Positions 27,306 to 39,099 of a DNA stretch of 64,000 nucleotides are shown piece by piece. Source of the DNA: Dehalococcoidia bacterium. Its GTDB lineage: Bacteria > Chloroflexota > Dehalococcoidia > Lucifugimonadales > Lucifugimonadaceae. The notes under the pieces are model-generated. The model saw only the letters and a program-made list of their open reading frames with translations, was not told the DNA's origin and searched no databases. The stretch's first letter is position 1. Each line of letters starts with the position of its first letter. Position numbers and translations under genes: made by a program. The stretch is taken from NCBI GenBank assembly GCA_965220355.1, contig OZ244820.1, positions 91,319-155,318 on the forward strand, read 5' to 3'.

Positions 27306-27739
27306 GCACCGTTGTCGTCGCCCTGATACGCCACGGCGACGAGGTCCTGCTGGTCAAGCAACAAGGCGACGATGACGCCACACCGGGTTGGTCGGTGCCG
27401 GGCGGTGTAGTTGGAGACGGCGAACTGTTAACCGACGCTCTAAAACGCGAGGTGCGCGAAGAGACGGGCATTGAAGTGCTGACCGTCGGCCTGCTTGAGT
27501 ACATCGTCGATTTCGAGCACGACGGCGGCAACTCCATTGCCATGGCCTTCAACGTGATGGAATGGCGCGGCACACCGAAACCCAACGATCCCGATGGTCT
27601 AGTTACTGATTGCCTCTTCGTTCCGATGCCAGAAGCCATTCGGCTCGTCGAACACTTGCCGTATCGAATGATGCGGGAGCCGCTACTCGCGTATCTGAAC
27701 GGCGACGCGGTGCGTGGGATGCTGTGGGAATACGCGTAG
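27302..27739 (+). CDS. NUDIX hydrolase
   Basis: The Nudix box is GGVVGDGELLTDALKREVREETGI. An ATGA overlap with the upstream stop suggests translational coupling. Confidence 0.85.
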   Translation: MSTVVVALIRHGDEVLLVKQQGDDDATPGWSVPGGVVGDGELLTDALKREVREETGIEVLTVGLLEYIVDFEHDGGNSIAMAFNVMEWRGTPKPNDPDGLVTDCLFVPMPEAIRLVEHLPYRMMREPLLAYLNGDAVRGMLWEYA

Positions 27740-27798
27740 GCTACAAAGCCCATCGACGGCTAAATCTTCGCAAGGGATTTTAAAGAAGCAATGTGCGA

Positions 27799-27833
27799 CT
27801 AAATCTTCGTAATGGATCCTTGCGAAGATTTAG
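27799..27833. repeat. hairpin made of two inverted copies of the AAATCTTCG[CT]AA motif, 15 nt beyond the Fic stop
   Basis: The sequence ctaaatcttcgtaa-tggatcc-ttgcgaagatttag has a 14-bp stem with one T/C position. Confidence 0.6.
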
Positions 27834-27847
27834 CGACCAACTGCCGG

Positions 27848-29020
27848 TCACAACGGCTCGGTCCCCACGGCCAGCACGTCCATGTACTGGTCATACGCGA
27901 AAACCCGGTTGCGGGCGTTTCCGGTCACTTCTCGCACGATACCGAGTTCACCCAAAGCGTTCATGCCAGCAGCCGCGCCGGGGCGGGACAGGTTGGTTCG
28001 AGCCAAAACATCATTGATGCGCAGGTATGGCTGTTCCATCAAGATGTCGTGGACTTGAAGCGCCGTGAAACGGCGTCGGCCGGTCTGTTCGATGCGCGCA
28101 CGGTCATCGGCGAATAGGTGCGAAAGTTGGGTTGTAGATTCCACCACTGCATCGGCGGCGTCTTTTATCGCTTCGAAAAAGAAAGACAACCAGGCCTCCC
28201 AATCGCCCTCGAATCGAACATCGTTCAGCAGCTCGCCGTAGCGTCGCCGCTCGTCCTTCAGTCGCAGGCTTAGATAGAGCGTCGGGACCGATAGCAAACC
28301 CGATCTAAGCAGCATCAGCAACACGACTATGCGTCCGACGCGCCCGTTGCCGTCTCGGAACGGGTGAATAGTCTCGAACTGCGCGTGCGCTGCACCCGCG
28401 CGTACCAGCGGATGCGTCGCGTCCGCCCTTTGGCTGTCGCCGGCGATGTAACGCACGAGATCCGTCATGCAATCTTTGACCCGGTTGTGCGGCGGCGGAA
28501 CAAAAACCACGTGCCCCGTGGCCCTGGTGATGTAGTTCTGGCGGTCTCGGAATTCGCCCGGCTGCTTCCAGCTTCCACGCCCGATCTTCAACAAACGTCG
28601 GTGGATCTCTTGGATCAACGACGCGTCTATCTGTGCACCCTCGTCCAACCGCTCGGTTGCGTAACGCAACGCGTTCAAGTAGTTGATGGTCTCTTGTGTG
28701 TCGTCAATCGGCGCGTCGTCAGGACGCCGGCCCATCTCAAGCATCATAAGGTCGGGCAGGCTCGACTGAGTACCTTCGATCTGGGACGACAGCACTGCCT
28801 CTTTGCGAAGGTAGCTGTAGATCAGCATGTCCGCATTGGGCAAGTTTATCGATAGCGTGTTTAGGCCTCCCACCGCCGTCAAGGCATCCGCGAACTTGGC
28901 CAGCAACGGACCATCCATGACCACCGGGGGTTCTGGCGGCAACGGAACCGGCACGAAAGCGCTGAAGCGTTGACCGCGGTCTTTGACGGTCTCGTACTTT
29001 CCAGTGGGACCTCGACGCAT
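27848..29020 (-). CDS. Fic family protein with C-terminal winged-helix domain
   Basis: The Fic motif is HPFRDGNGRVGR. The inhibitory-type motif is SSQIEG. The C-terminal NLSRPGAAAGMNALGELGIVREVTG is wHTH-like. ATG at 29020 is preferred to the TTG at 29050. Confidence 0.85.
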   Translation of the reverse strand: MRRGPTGKYETVKDRGQRFSAFVPVPLPPEPPVVMDGPLLAKFADALTAVGGLNTLSINLPNADMLIYSYLRKEAVLSSQIEGTQSSLPDLMMLEMGRRPDDAPIDDTQETINYLNALRYATERLDEGAQIDASLIQEIHRRLLKIGRGSWKQPGEFRDRQNYITRATGHVVFVPPPHNRVKDCMTDLVRYIAGDSQRADATHPLVRAGAAHAQFETIHPFRDGNGRVGRIVVLLMLLRSGLLSVPTLYLSLRLKDERRRYGELLNDVRFEGDWEAWLSFFFEAIKDAADAVVESTTQLSHLFADDRARIEQTGRRRFTALQVHDILMEQPYLRINDVLARTNLSRPGAAAGMNALGELGIVREVTGNARNRVFAYDQYMDVLAVGTEPL

Positions 29021-29044
29021 AAGGAAATCAACCCCTATTAGAAC

Positions 29045-29073
29045 TCGCAAATCTTCGTAAAGGATATTTGCGA
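29045..29073. promoter_or_regulatory. palindrome tcgcaaat-N13-atttgcga containing a copy of the cassette motif, 25-50 nt upstream of the Fic ATG; candidate operator
   Basis: The palindrome is read directly from the sequence. The operator function is inferred from its position. Confidence 0.3.
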
Positions 29074-29146
29074 TGCAATCATCAGATATTTCTTATTATA
29101 ACAAATATTGCGAAGTGATAACAGCTGAACGCTTCTCTAAAATCCC

Positions 29147-29602
29147 TTACGAAGATTTAGATGTGCTCGATGGCAGCAATCTCAGTTCAACCAAACTGTG
29201 GAAGACGAATTCGATTTCCGGCTTGTGCATCAGCAACCGCAGCTTGTAGCTCTTCATTTCACCCGGCAACCATTCTTCGAAGGCGATCACCACAACCTTT
29301 TCAAGGTCTTTGCCCATCGCGTAACCGAATTCGACCGCGGCGTTAGTCGAACGGTCCGGATGCAAAACGTGAAATTCGTCGCTGGCGTCTAGTTTTCGCC
29401 AGCTCCGATCCCGAACAGCGATCAAGTCAGCTTCAGTTTGGGCTGGGCCCTTGGCAGCGCCGCGGTCGTATTCGATAGCCGGACAGAAGACGTCTTTGTC
29501 GGCAAGCTCATGCTCGATGTACCACTCGCACCACCTCACAATCAGCCGCCGATCTTCTTCGGAGACGCTGGTGATGGGGGTTGCTAGGTAGACGCGTTTC
29601 AT
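29147..29602 (-). CDS. nucleoside 2-deoxyribosyltransferase-like / DUF4406-like fold protein (tentative)
   Basis: The N-terminal VYLATPITS and C-terminal STNAAVEFGYAMGKDLEKVVVIA resemble the YLAGP...GTAxExGYAxxxGKPV pattern of the NDT-like clan. This was recognised by eye only. The last codons (SKSS*) are encoded by the right inverted repeat of the Fic cassette. Confidence 0.4.
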   Translation of the reverse strand: MKRVYLATPITSVSEEDRRLIVRWCEWYIEHELADKDVFCPAIEYDRGAAKGPAQTEADLIAVRDRSWRKLDASDEFHVLHPDRSTNAAVEFGYAMGKDLEKVVVIAFEEWLPGEMKSYKLRLLMHKPEIEFVFHSLVELRLLPSSTSKSS

Positions 29603-29696
29603 CTCACTCTCCCTTCAGTCGGGCGCGCTTCGTCAAATGACGGATTACAGGGGAAGAGATATCGAAGATACTGCGCGAATCGAAACCTCCGGACCC

Positions 29697-30497
29697 TCAA
29701 TCCTCGTCTGGTACGACCAATTGATAGTGCTTCTCTTCGACCACGGCGATGTCGTCGATATCGCACGTTTGCAGTTCAATGAGAGCGATCACTGAATCCG
29801 ATATCGCTTGCACTGCGATACACCGTACTGGCAACCCGGCGAGTTTCGATCGACACACCAATGCGTTTTGCCAAATTTGGACGACGTTAAGGGAATCACT
29901 CTCGCTTTTGGCTTCAACAGGGATCGCAAAGTGCTGCCCATGTTTGTCGATTCCAACGTACAGTTCGTCGGTCTCTACTTGTGTCGATTCGTTGCGTTGC
30001 CGTAGCGGGTTCCAGATTGGAACCGACGTTCTGAGATGGTTCTGCAGCGAGTAACAAGCCAATCCCGTGAAAATGTCGATCAAGCGGTTGTAACGGATGG
30101 TGGCCAATAGCGCTTGTTCGTCGCTCAGGGCATACAACGATATGGCTCCGGGAGTTGCATCCGGGATGTCGGTGCGCGCCAACAGGGCGTTCGGTTTGAT
30201 CTCGCTGAATCTGACCTGACGGAACTCGTACACGGAACGACCAGCGGGGAGGATCGCCCATTGTCTGTCTGGCGCAGCCGTTGCAACGATAGATTCAGGC
30301 ATGGCCATTCGATACCTAATCGAGTAGACCAGATCGCCCAGGTTCTTGGGGACATCGATCCCGAGCCTTCGTGCCATCTCCTCGATTTCGCGACGCTCGA
30401 ATGGTACCGATGTTTCGCCAGTTCGATAGTGAGAGTTGAAAATCTCCTCGATGATGCGCGTGTACGCGTTTCCACTTGCCGAACTGCCGGTGGTCAT
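29697..30497 (-). CDS. putative type II restriction endonuclease (PD-(D/E)xK)
   Basis: ETDELYVGIDKHGQHFAIPVEAKSES fits D...ExK. An ATGA overlap with the methyltransferase stop arises if the start is ATG at 30497 (the ORF track gives 30506). Confidence 0.5.
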   Translation of the reverse strand: MTTGSSASGNAYTRIIEEIFNSHYRTGETSVPFERREIEEMARRLGIDVPKNLGDLVYSIRYRMAMPESIVATAAPDRQWAILPAGRSVYEFRQVRFSEIKPNALLARTDIPDATPGAISLYALSDEQALLATIRYNRLIDIFTGLACYSLQNHLRTSVPIWNPLRQRNESTQVETDELYVGIDKHGQHFAIPVEAKSESDSLNVVQIWQNALVCRSKLAGLPVRCIAVQAISDSVIALIELQTCDIDDIAVVEEKHYQLVVPDED

Positions 30498-31849
30498 CCC
30501 GGCCACCTCAGGAGAAGCACTTCCTCGCGCAATTGTTTTCCTGTTGCGGTTGCGAGACGCGTTCGAAATAGGTCGATACCTTCAACGGTGTATCCGATTT
30601 CTTCGGCTATCTCGGCCAAAAGTTGTCCGGTGCGGATCATGATCCTGAAAAATGACGCTTGGTCGCCGACCACATATGCCAGTTGAGCTCCCGGTTTCAA
30701 CACTTTGGACAGGCTGCTCAAGTGCTGCGCCATTCCTCCGAAATACAATCTCACCACGCGCGAATATTGCTTTTCAAAACCTGATGTCTTGCCCAAATCG
30801 ATGCGCCTAGCTTCGATCCGATCCGCTAGTTGGTGCACGGGAGAATCCGCCGGAAGCCATTCGTCGTCGGTGTCAGCTTTATACACAGTCCTCGAATTCG
30901 AACGCAGGAGATGCTGCTTGGTCGCTCGGAGATCCATTCGATCCTCGAAGAACCCTAGTATCACCGACTCGATACGGACGGTCCGCGTGTAGTCCTTCTC
31001 ATTTGGATATGGCGGCGAAGTTATGACCGCGTCGACAGAATTCGGAGCGATAATTTCGTCGATGCCGCGTGAGTCGCCGACGTGTACGCTGGCCAGCGTT
31101 CCGCTGTCTTGTAGATCGTCCAAGTCCGACGCGATTTTTCCAACCCGCTCGAGCCAAGCAGACACCACCGCAGCATCGTGCTTGATCTTGCCTACGCCTA
31201 CTTCTGGCCCAAACTTCAAGTTTGAGATTTCACCGACCAATGCCGATGCCAACGCCAACATCTCGTGATCTGAATATTCATCGGACCACCGTCGTTGCAA
31301 TTCATCAACCAATACCAAGACCTTGTGGAGTGGTAAGGGGCTGATGGCATCTTTGAAGATCAGTTTGGCTGCGGCAGGCGGCAATTTCCGCAATTTGTCG
31401 GAGTCTATGCCGTCGTTGATCGGATCATCTGAAATGCCGTCGGCGAGTAACTGTCGAATCACGCGCTCGGACGCGCGATCTGCTCTTGCCTTCAAACCTT
31501 TCGAATCGACTGACCAGTTTACCTTGGTGTTGGCAACATAAGCCGAACTCGGTAACGCTTCAACACCGATGCTGGGAATCCCGAGTTTTTTGCACTCAAC
31601 CAAAGTCGTACCGGTCCCACAGAAAGGATCAAGAACAACCTGCTGGGCTGATACATCAAATCGAGCTAAGTAATCGCGCACCAGATGGGGTGGGAACGAC
31701 AACACGAAGCGGTACCAGTCGTGAGCCGCAGCGTCGACCGGCAGCAATGCATTCATACGACCGTTGGCAATCGATTGTGAAACTTGACCGCCAGAAATAG
31801 GGAGCAACGGCTGCCGCGCGCTGGTTGTAGTTGGTGATGGCATGCGCAT
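30494..31849 (-). CDS. N6-adenine/N4-cytosine DNA methyltransferase
   Basis: Motif I (VLDPFCGTGTTLVE) precedes motif IV (ITSPPYPNEKDY). Confidence 0.8.
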   Translation of the reverse strand: MRMPSPTTTSARQPLLPISGGQVSQSIANGRMNALLPVDAAAHDWYRFVLSFPPHLVRDYLARFDVSAQQVVLDPFCGTGTTLVECKKLGIPSIGVEALPSSAYVANTKVNWSVDSKGLKARADRASERVIRQLLADGISDDPINDGIDSDKLRKLPPAAAKLIFKDAISPLPLHKVLVLVDELQRRWSDEYSDHEMLALASALVGEISNLKFGPEVGVGKIKHDAAVVSAWLERVGKIASDLDDLQDSGTLASVHVGDSRGIDEIIAPNSVDAVITSPPYPNEKDYTRTVRIESVILGFFEDRMDLRATKQHLLRSNSRTVYKADTDDEWLPADSPVHQLADRIEARRIDLGKTSGFEKQYSRVVRLYFGGMAQHLSSLSKVLKPGAQLAYVVGDQASFFRIMIRTGQLLAEIAEEIGYTVEGIDLFRTRLATATGKQLREEVLLLRWPG

Positions 31850-32121
31850 TCAATTGAGGTTAAACCCTAGGATAGTCTGTAACCGTATGGTTGTACAACC
31901 GAGTGTCAACCACATCGAATCCCTCGCATTCTCGATGCACGCGCAACTTCGCGCGTACTCGCTAACACTGGCTTAAGGAGTTTCGCGGTCAGCCGGCATC
32001 CCAATTGGTTGGGAAAATTCGGTGTACCTTATCAGGAACTTCGACGTATGCGTCTTGCGGCCTTTTCGACGCTAGATCGTTCGTTTATTCCGTTAGTTTC
32101 GATCAGTGCAGTGTTCCGCCA

Positions 32122-33426
32122 CTAACCCACAACCTCCGCAATCTCGTCCTCCGTCATCCCGGCTTCGCGCAGCACCTCCCAGTTGTGCTCGCCTAGGGCG
32201 GGTGAGGCCTTCATGTCGGGCATGCCGGCGGTGAAGTTTAGAATTGGTCCCGAAGTTCGATAGCGTTGGCCGGTGTGATGTTCGAGCTCGATGATGTAAT
32301 CGTTGGCCGCGGCTTGCTCGTCCCAGACGAGGTCTTCGCTGAAGCGGATGGGGCCGCAGGGAATGTCCTTGGCGTTGAGCTCTTCGACCCACTCGGCTGT
32401 CGTCTTCGAGTCGAAGATGCGCTCAAATGTGTCGATCATGTCTTGAGCGAGCTTGTCGGCTTCAGGTGAGTCGTAGTCGTAGTTGGGATCTGTGACTCGA
32501 GGGTCTTCTAGGTTGAGGTGCTTCAGTAGTCGGGCTCGGGCGGCCCAGTCGAGCGTGCCAAGACACATGCCGCCGTCTTTGGTGCGATACGCCCGGTAGT
32601 AGCAGCGATAGATCGACGGGCGGACAACGCTCTGGTAGTCGCGCTGCAATTCGTCGTAACTCTTACCCTGGGAGACGAGTTGCGGGTAGCGCTCTTGGTA
32701 CCAAGTCATCGAAGGCGTCGGCATGTCGAGCATATGCATGATCCTCATGCACTGCATCGCCAGCGCGTTCATCATGAGGCTGGTCTCCACTTTCTGACCT
32801 TTGCCGCTGTCGCCACGCCCGATGATGCCGGCCATCACGCCCGCAGCGGCGCAGTACGCAGATGACAGATCGATATATGACGAAGACCAGACGACTTCGG
32901 GCTGCCCGTTGGGCGTTATCTTGCCCTCCGACGTAACGGCGCCGGTGAAGCCCTGCATTACGAGGTCGAAACCGGGCGCGCCACCGAGCGGTCCCTTCAT
33001 GCCGTAGGCCGTTATGTCCACGTAGACAATGGCGGGATTAATTGAAGCGAGCGACTCGTAGTCGATGCCCAAAGCGAGGGCGGTGTCTGGCCGGTTGTTG
33101 GATATGACGCCGTCAGACATCTTCACGATCTTGGCCAGAGCCGCCTTACCACGTTCGTTCTTCAAATTGAGGGTTACACTTTTGACGCCGCGGTTCAAAG
33201 GCAGGAAAGTCCGGCTCTCGTTCGGGGCGAAGGGCTGAGAAACACGCCACGGATCGCCAGTCGGCGGTTCCACCTTGATGACTTCGGCTCCCATGTCGGC
33301 GAGGATCTGGCCGGCGAAAGGACCGGCTACGAAATTGCCAAACTCGATCACCTTGATGCCCTCTAGGGGTCCTTTTTGGCGAGCGCCGTTCCTACCCGTC
33401 CCGTTTTGCGATGCGTTCTCAGTCAT
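32122..33426 (-). CDS. CaiB/BaiF family (class III) CoA-transferase
   Basis: GIKVIEFGNFVAGPFAGQILADMGAEVIKVEPP is present. ATG at 33426 is preferred. Confidence 0.85.
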   Translation of the reverse strand: MTENASQNGTGRNGARQKGPLEGIKVIEFGNFVAGPFAGQILADMGAEVIKVEPPTGDPWRVSQPFAPNESRTFLPLNRGVKSVTLNLKNERGKAALAKIVKMSDGVISNNRPDTALALGIDYESLASINPAIVYVDITAYGMKGPLGGAPGFDLVMQGFTGAVTSEGKITPNGQPEVVWSSSYIDLSSAYCAAAGVMAGIIGRGDSGKGQKVETSLMMNALAMQCMRIMHMLDMPTPSMTWYQERYPQLVSQGKSYDELQRDYQSVVRPSIYRCYYRAYRTKDGGMCLGTLDWAARARLLKHLNLEDPRVTDPNYDYDSPEADKLAQDMIDTFERIFDSKTTAEWVEELNAKDIPCGPIRFSEDLVWDEQAAANDYIIELEHHTGQRYRTSGPILNFTAGMPDMKASPALGEHNWEVLREAGMTEDEIAEVVG

Positions 33427-33607
33427 GATGTTGTGGAATATAACACCGAATAACACTCACAGAGTTGCCACGTGCTCCCGTCACGACGGTTTTCCTCGAA
33501 CCGGTTACCTCGGCGCAACAATGTTCCTGTCGTTTGCGTAGTGCCGTAATATCGATATCGTAGCGCCGCACCTAATCCATCGGAGACCCGCCATCTATAC
33601 GACAGAC

Positions 33608-34348
33608 ATGTACGAGGGTATGATCGCTGATACGGTCACCGTACAGACACCAGACGGAACCGCAATAAACGCCTATTTCGCTCGCCCGCTAGGTCCCGGC
33701 CCTCATCCCGGCATGGTGCTCGCGCACCACATGCCCGGTTGGGACGAGTGGTACCGGGAGGCGACGCGCAAATTCGCGCATCACGGATACGCGACCATCT
33801 CGCCGGATCTGTACCATCGCGTCGGCCATGCCTCACCCGAGGATGTCGCCGCCCATGCCCGTTCGGAAGGCGGAATTCCTGACAGTCAGGCTGTCGGTGA
33901 CCTTGCCGCCTCGATGCGGTACCTCCGATCGCTACCGAATTCCAACGGCAAGGTCGGGGCTTTCGGCACCTGCTCTGGGGGACGACATGTCCTTCTAGCG
34001 GCGTCGAGAGAACCGGGTTTCGACGCGGTCGTCGATTGTTGGGGCGGACGAGTCGTGATGAGCGAATCCGAACTGACCGAAAACTCCCCGGTCGCACCCA
34101 TCGACTACACTGCCGACCTTTCGTGTCCGGTGCTCGGTCTCTTCGGGAATGACGACCAGAGCCCGTCCCCCGAACAGGTCACAGTCCACGAGGAAACCCT
34201 GAAAAAGCACGGGAAGGCGTACGAATTCCACAGGTACCCTGACGCCGGGCACGGTTTCTTCTACTACGACCGCTCGGCATACCGCCAAGAACAGGCTGTC
34301 GACGGTTGGCAGAAGATCTTCGCCTTCCTCGCCCAACATCTCGGATAA
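33608..34348 (+). CDS. dienelactone hydrolase family protein
   Basis: The 246-aa alpha/beta hydrolase contains GAFGTCSGG (nucleophile elbow with Cys) and a C-terminal YPDAGHGF. Confidence 0.75.
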   Translation: MYEGMIADTVTVQTPDGTAINAYFARPLGPGPHPGMVLAHHMPGWDEWYREATRKFAHHGYATISPDLYHRVGHASPEDVAAHARSEGGIPDSQAVGDLAASMRYLRSLPNSNGKVGAFGTCSGGRHVLLAASREPGFDAVVDCWGGRVVMSESELTENSPVAPIDYTADLSCPVLGLFGNDDQSPSPEQVTVHEETLKKHGKAYEFHRYPDAGHGFFYYDRSAYRQEQAVDGWQKIFAFLAQHLG

Positions 34349-34381
34349 AGCCCAGTCCGACACCCGCTAGGAGAACAATCT

Positions 34382-34654
34382 ATGTGCACGATGATCGCCG
34401 AGAAAGATGCTGTCACCGGCAGCGGCAAGGGAACGCCCGGTTGGATGCAGGTCAATCAAGTAACTGTGTCCTACGATCACCCTTCTCACATGACGCTGGA
34501 GCACGCACTCAACATCGACTTTGTCGACGCGTCGCAAAAACTCGGCCCGAGAATAGCCATTGAGTTGACGCCTCAGTCGGCACAACGCCTCGTCGAGCTG
34601 ATAACCGTCGCCCTCGACCGCGGCGCGGACGTAGATCCAATCGCGTTCGAATAA
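34382..34654 (+). CDS. small conserved hypothetical protein
   Basis: The 90-aa product begins MCTMIAEKDAVTGSGKGTPGWMQV and contains EHALNIDFVD. It resembles a small family seen in actinobacteria-like genomes, from memory only. Confidence 0.45.
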   Translation: MCTMIAEKDAVTGSGKGTPGWMQVNQVTVSYDHPSHMTLEHALNIDFVDASQKLGPRIAIELTPQSAQRLVELITVALDRGADVDPIAFE

Positions 34655-34935
34655 TCAATCGAACCACCATAACTTCAACGTCGCCGCACGAAACCAGCGG
34701 CGCGAGGCGTGGAAATGGGCGGCAAGTCGTCAATGCGGCGCGAATTGGGAAAGATTCCGCTTTGAACGCAACTTGAATCGTGATTTGAGTGTGGCGGCCT
34801 GATAAGATTGAAATGATGATAGTTCGCGGTTTTTTAAAGACGCGCGCACGCGCGTACGCGAGCGACAAAGAATTATCAACCGTAGATCGGGACGGCTGGC
34901 GGAGAAATGGGGCGGGCTTGCTATGCAGGCAATGA

Positions 34936-37494
<2,559 letters not shown>

Positions 37495-37506
37495 TTGTAG
37501 TTGTGT

Positions 37507-37535
37507 AGATATCTAGAATCCAAATTCTGATATCT
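37507..37535 (+). terminator. hairpin just after the gyrB stop (possible terminator, no clear U-tract)
   Basis: The sequence agatatctagaat-ccaa-attctgatatct forms a ~12-bp stem with one bulge. Confidence 0.25.
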
Positions 37536-37768
37536 AACCACAACAAAGGCGTCCAAACTGTCAAGAACCTAACTTCCGGGCGCATCATTAAACTAGCAAT
37601 GGGCCTCCGATACAAGCGATGTCGTTGTCAATATCCTCGCGAAGTATTGCCAATATCTGGCAACCGATTTGCGATCCGTGGTCACGTAGTGGAAGTGAGC
37701 TGATGAGTTGACGGAAAATCGTCAAGTTCTCGCGCGAATTTCGCGCGGTTGTTGACATCAAACGACCG

Positions 37769-38461
37769 CTATTGGACCTGGAACTTATACGCTTCATTCG
37801 ATTCAGAAGCTACCGGATCAACGGGTGTGGATTCACTATGCTTGGTGGTTATTAGCACAAGAGCGGTTACCACGAGCCAAATGATGAATCCTGCGCTTGA
37901 TGCGCGATGCAGCATTGTAGCCGCATCCCACCACACCAAGATCAATGCGACGCCGATGATGGTGCCCGAGAGTGCCAGCGGCTTCATCATGCCTCCTGAT
38001 CGCCATTGCGTTGGGCCGAGCAAAATGAACGCCAAACCAATCAACGAATTTCCGATGTTTCCGGCAAGGCCTCGATAGTAGTACTGCTCGGGATCAGCGG
38101 AACCGAGCGCTGCGTCGAACACGATGAGGCTCGGTAGCAACGTAGTAATCACCCCGGACGCGATAAAAGCGATACCCCCGAGTGCAAGGCATGCCTTGGC
38201 CAGCCCAGAACCGAAACCACGACCGGATGCCAACGCGGTACCGATGAAGCACTGCGAGGTCAGGAGCATTGCCCCGAACCAGATACGCGCAGTGCCGTGC
38301 CAGTTGAACCACGTCGAATTGTGATCGCTCGCTCGAAACGTTTCCTCAAATGTTGGTTGATCGGTGTTGGACTCTAGTCGCGTACAGACCGTTACCGCCG
38401 CGGCGATGGCCGTTAACAATAGGAGGGAGCCCAAAGACCACCGCCTTGATGGTTGCCCCAC
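37769..38461 (-). CDS. hypothetical polytopic membrane protein
   Basis: The 230-aa product has several hydrophobic helices. No family was recognised with confidence. Confidence 0.5.
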   Translation of the reverse strand: MGQPSRRWSLGSLLLLTAIAAAVTVCTRLESNTDQPTFEETFRASDHNSTWFNWHGTARIWFGAMLLTSQCFIGTALASGRGFGSGLAKACLALGGIAFIASGVITTLLPSLIVFDAALGSADPEQYYYRGLAGNIGNSLIGLAFILLGPTQWRSGGMMKPLALSGTIIGVALILVWWDAATMLHRASSAGFIIWLVVTALVLITTKHSESTPVDPVASESNEAYKFQVQ

Positions 38462-38499
38462 GTTGAGGCTCCCGGTTGAGCACGGGCTTAATGAACCAG

Positions 38500-39099
38500 T
38501 TAGTCAAACCACTCTCGCAAAGTTGCATGATCGACCTCTACTACTCCGTCGGAGTTGCTTGACAGAATGCTGAACAGAGTGATCGACCGGTCTTTCAACT
38601 TCTCGCTTCCGCCTTGATTGCGGTTCAAGATGGTTAATGCGACCTCTATGTGAGCAGGCACCGCGGTCACCGCGTCGATAGCGTTGAACAGCGAACCGCC
38701 CGTCGAAATCGCGTCGTCCCAAACCGCTACTCTGTCGCCGATTGCGATGTGCCCCTCAACCAACTTGCCCATGCCGTACTTCTTGGCTTCTGATCGAACG
38801 AAATACCCCTTAAGGTCGTAGCCCTTCATGTGCGCCATCAGCGCCATGCCTCCGATAATCGGCACTGCGGCGACTGCGGGCCCGCCAAATCGGTGCACGC
38901 CACGATTCGCAAGTACATGAAGGAACATGCCCGCGACTATTTCCACGCTCTCCCCGTCGGTCGTCAAAAGGCGTCCGTCGAAGTAATAGCTCGACGTCGC
39001 GCCGGATGCTAGAGTGAATTCGCCATATTCCAACGCACCGAGTTCAATTGATCGCTCCAGAAGGCGCTCGGCGCTCGCTATGGCTTCGGCGTATTGCAT
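38500..39099 (-). CDS. pyrE: orotate phosphoribosyltransferase
   Basis: GEFTLASGATSSYYFDGRLL and the PRPP motif VAVWDDAISTGGS are present. Confidence 0.85.
   Translation of the reverse strand: MQYAEAIASAERLLERSIELGALEYGEFTLASGATSSYYFDGRLLTTDGESVEIVAGMFLHVLANRGVHRFGGPAVAAVPIIGGMALMAHMKGYDLKGYFVRSEAKKYGMGKLVEGHIAIGDRVAVWDDAISTGGSLFNAIDAVTAVPAHIEVALTILNRNQGGSEKLKDRSITLFSILSSNSDGVVEVDHATLREWFD

Larger units (their letters stand above)
27760..29160. mobile_element. Fic gene cassette bounded by 30-bp terminal inverted repeats (no transposase)
   Basis: The left repeat, 27760-27789, is ctaaatcttcgcaagggattttaaagaagc. The reverse complement of 29131-29160 is ctaaatcttcgtaagggattttagagaagc, matching 28/30. 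Mobility is inferred, not shown. Confidence 0.4.
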
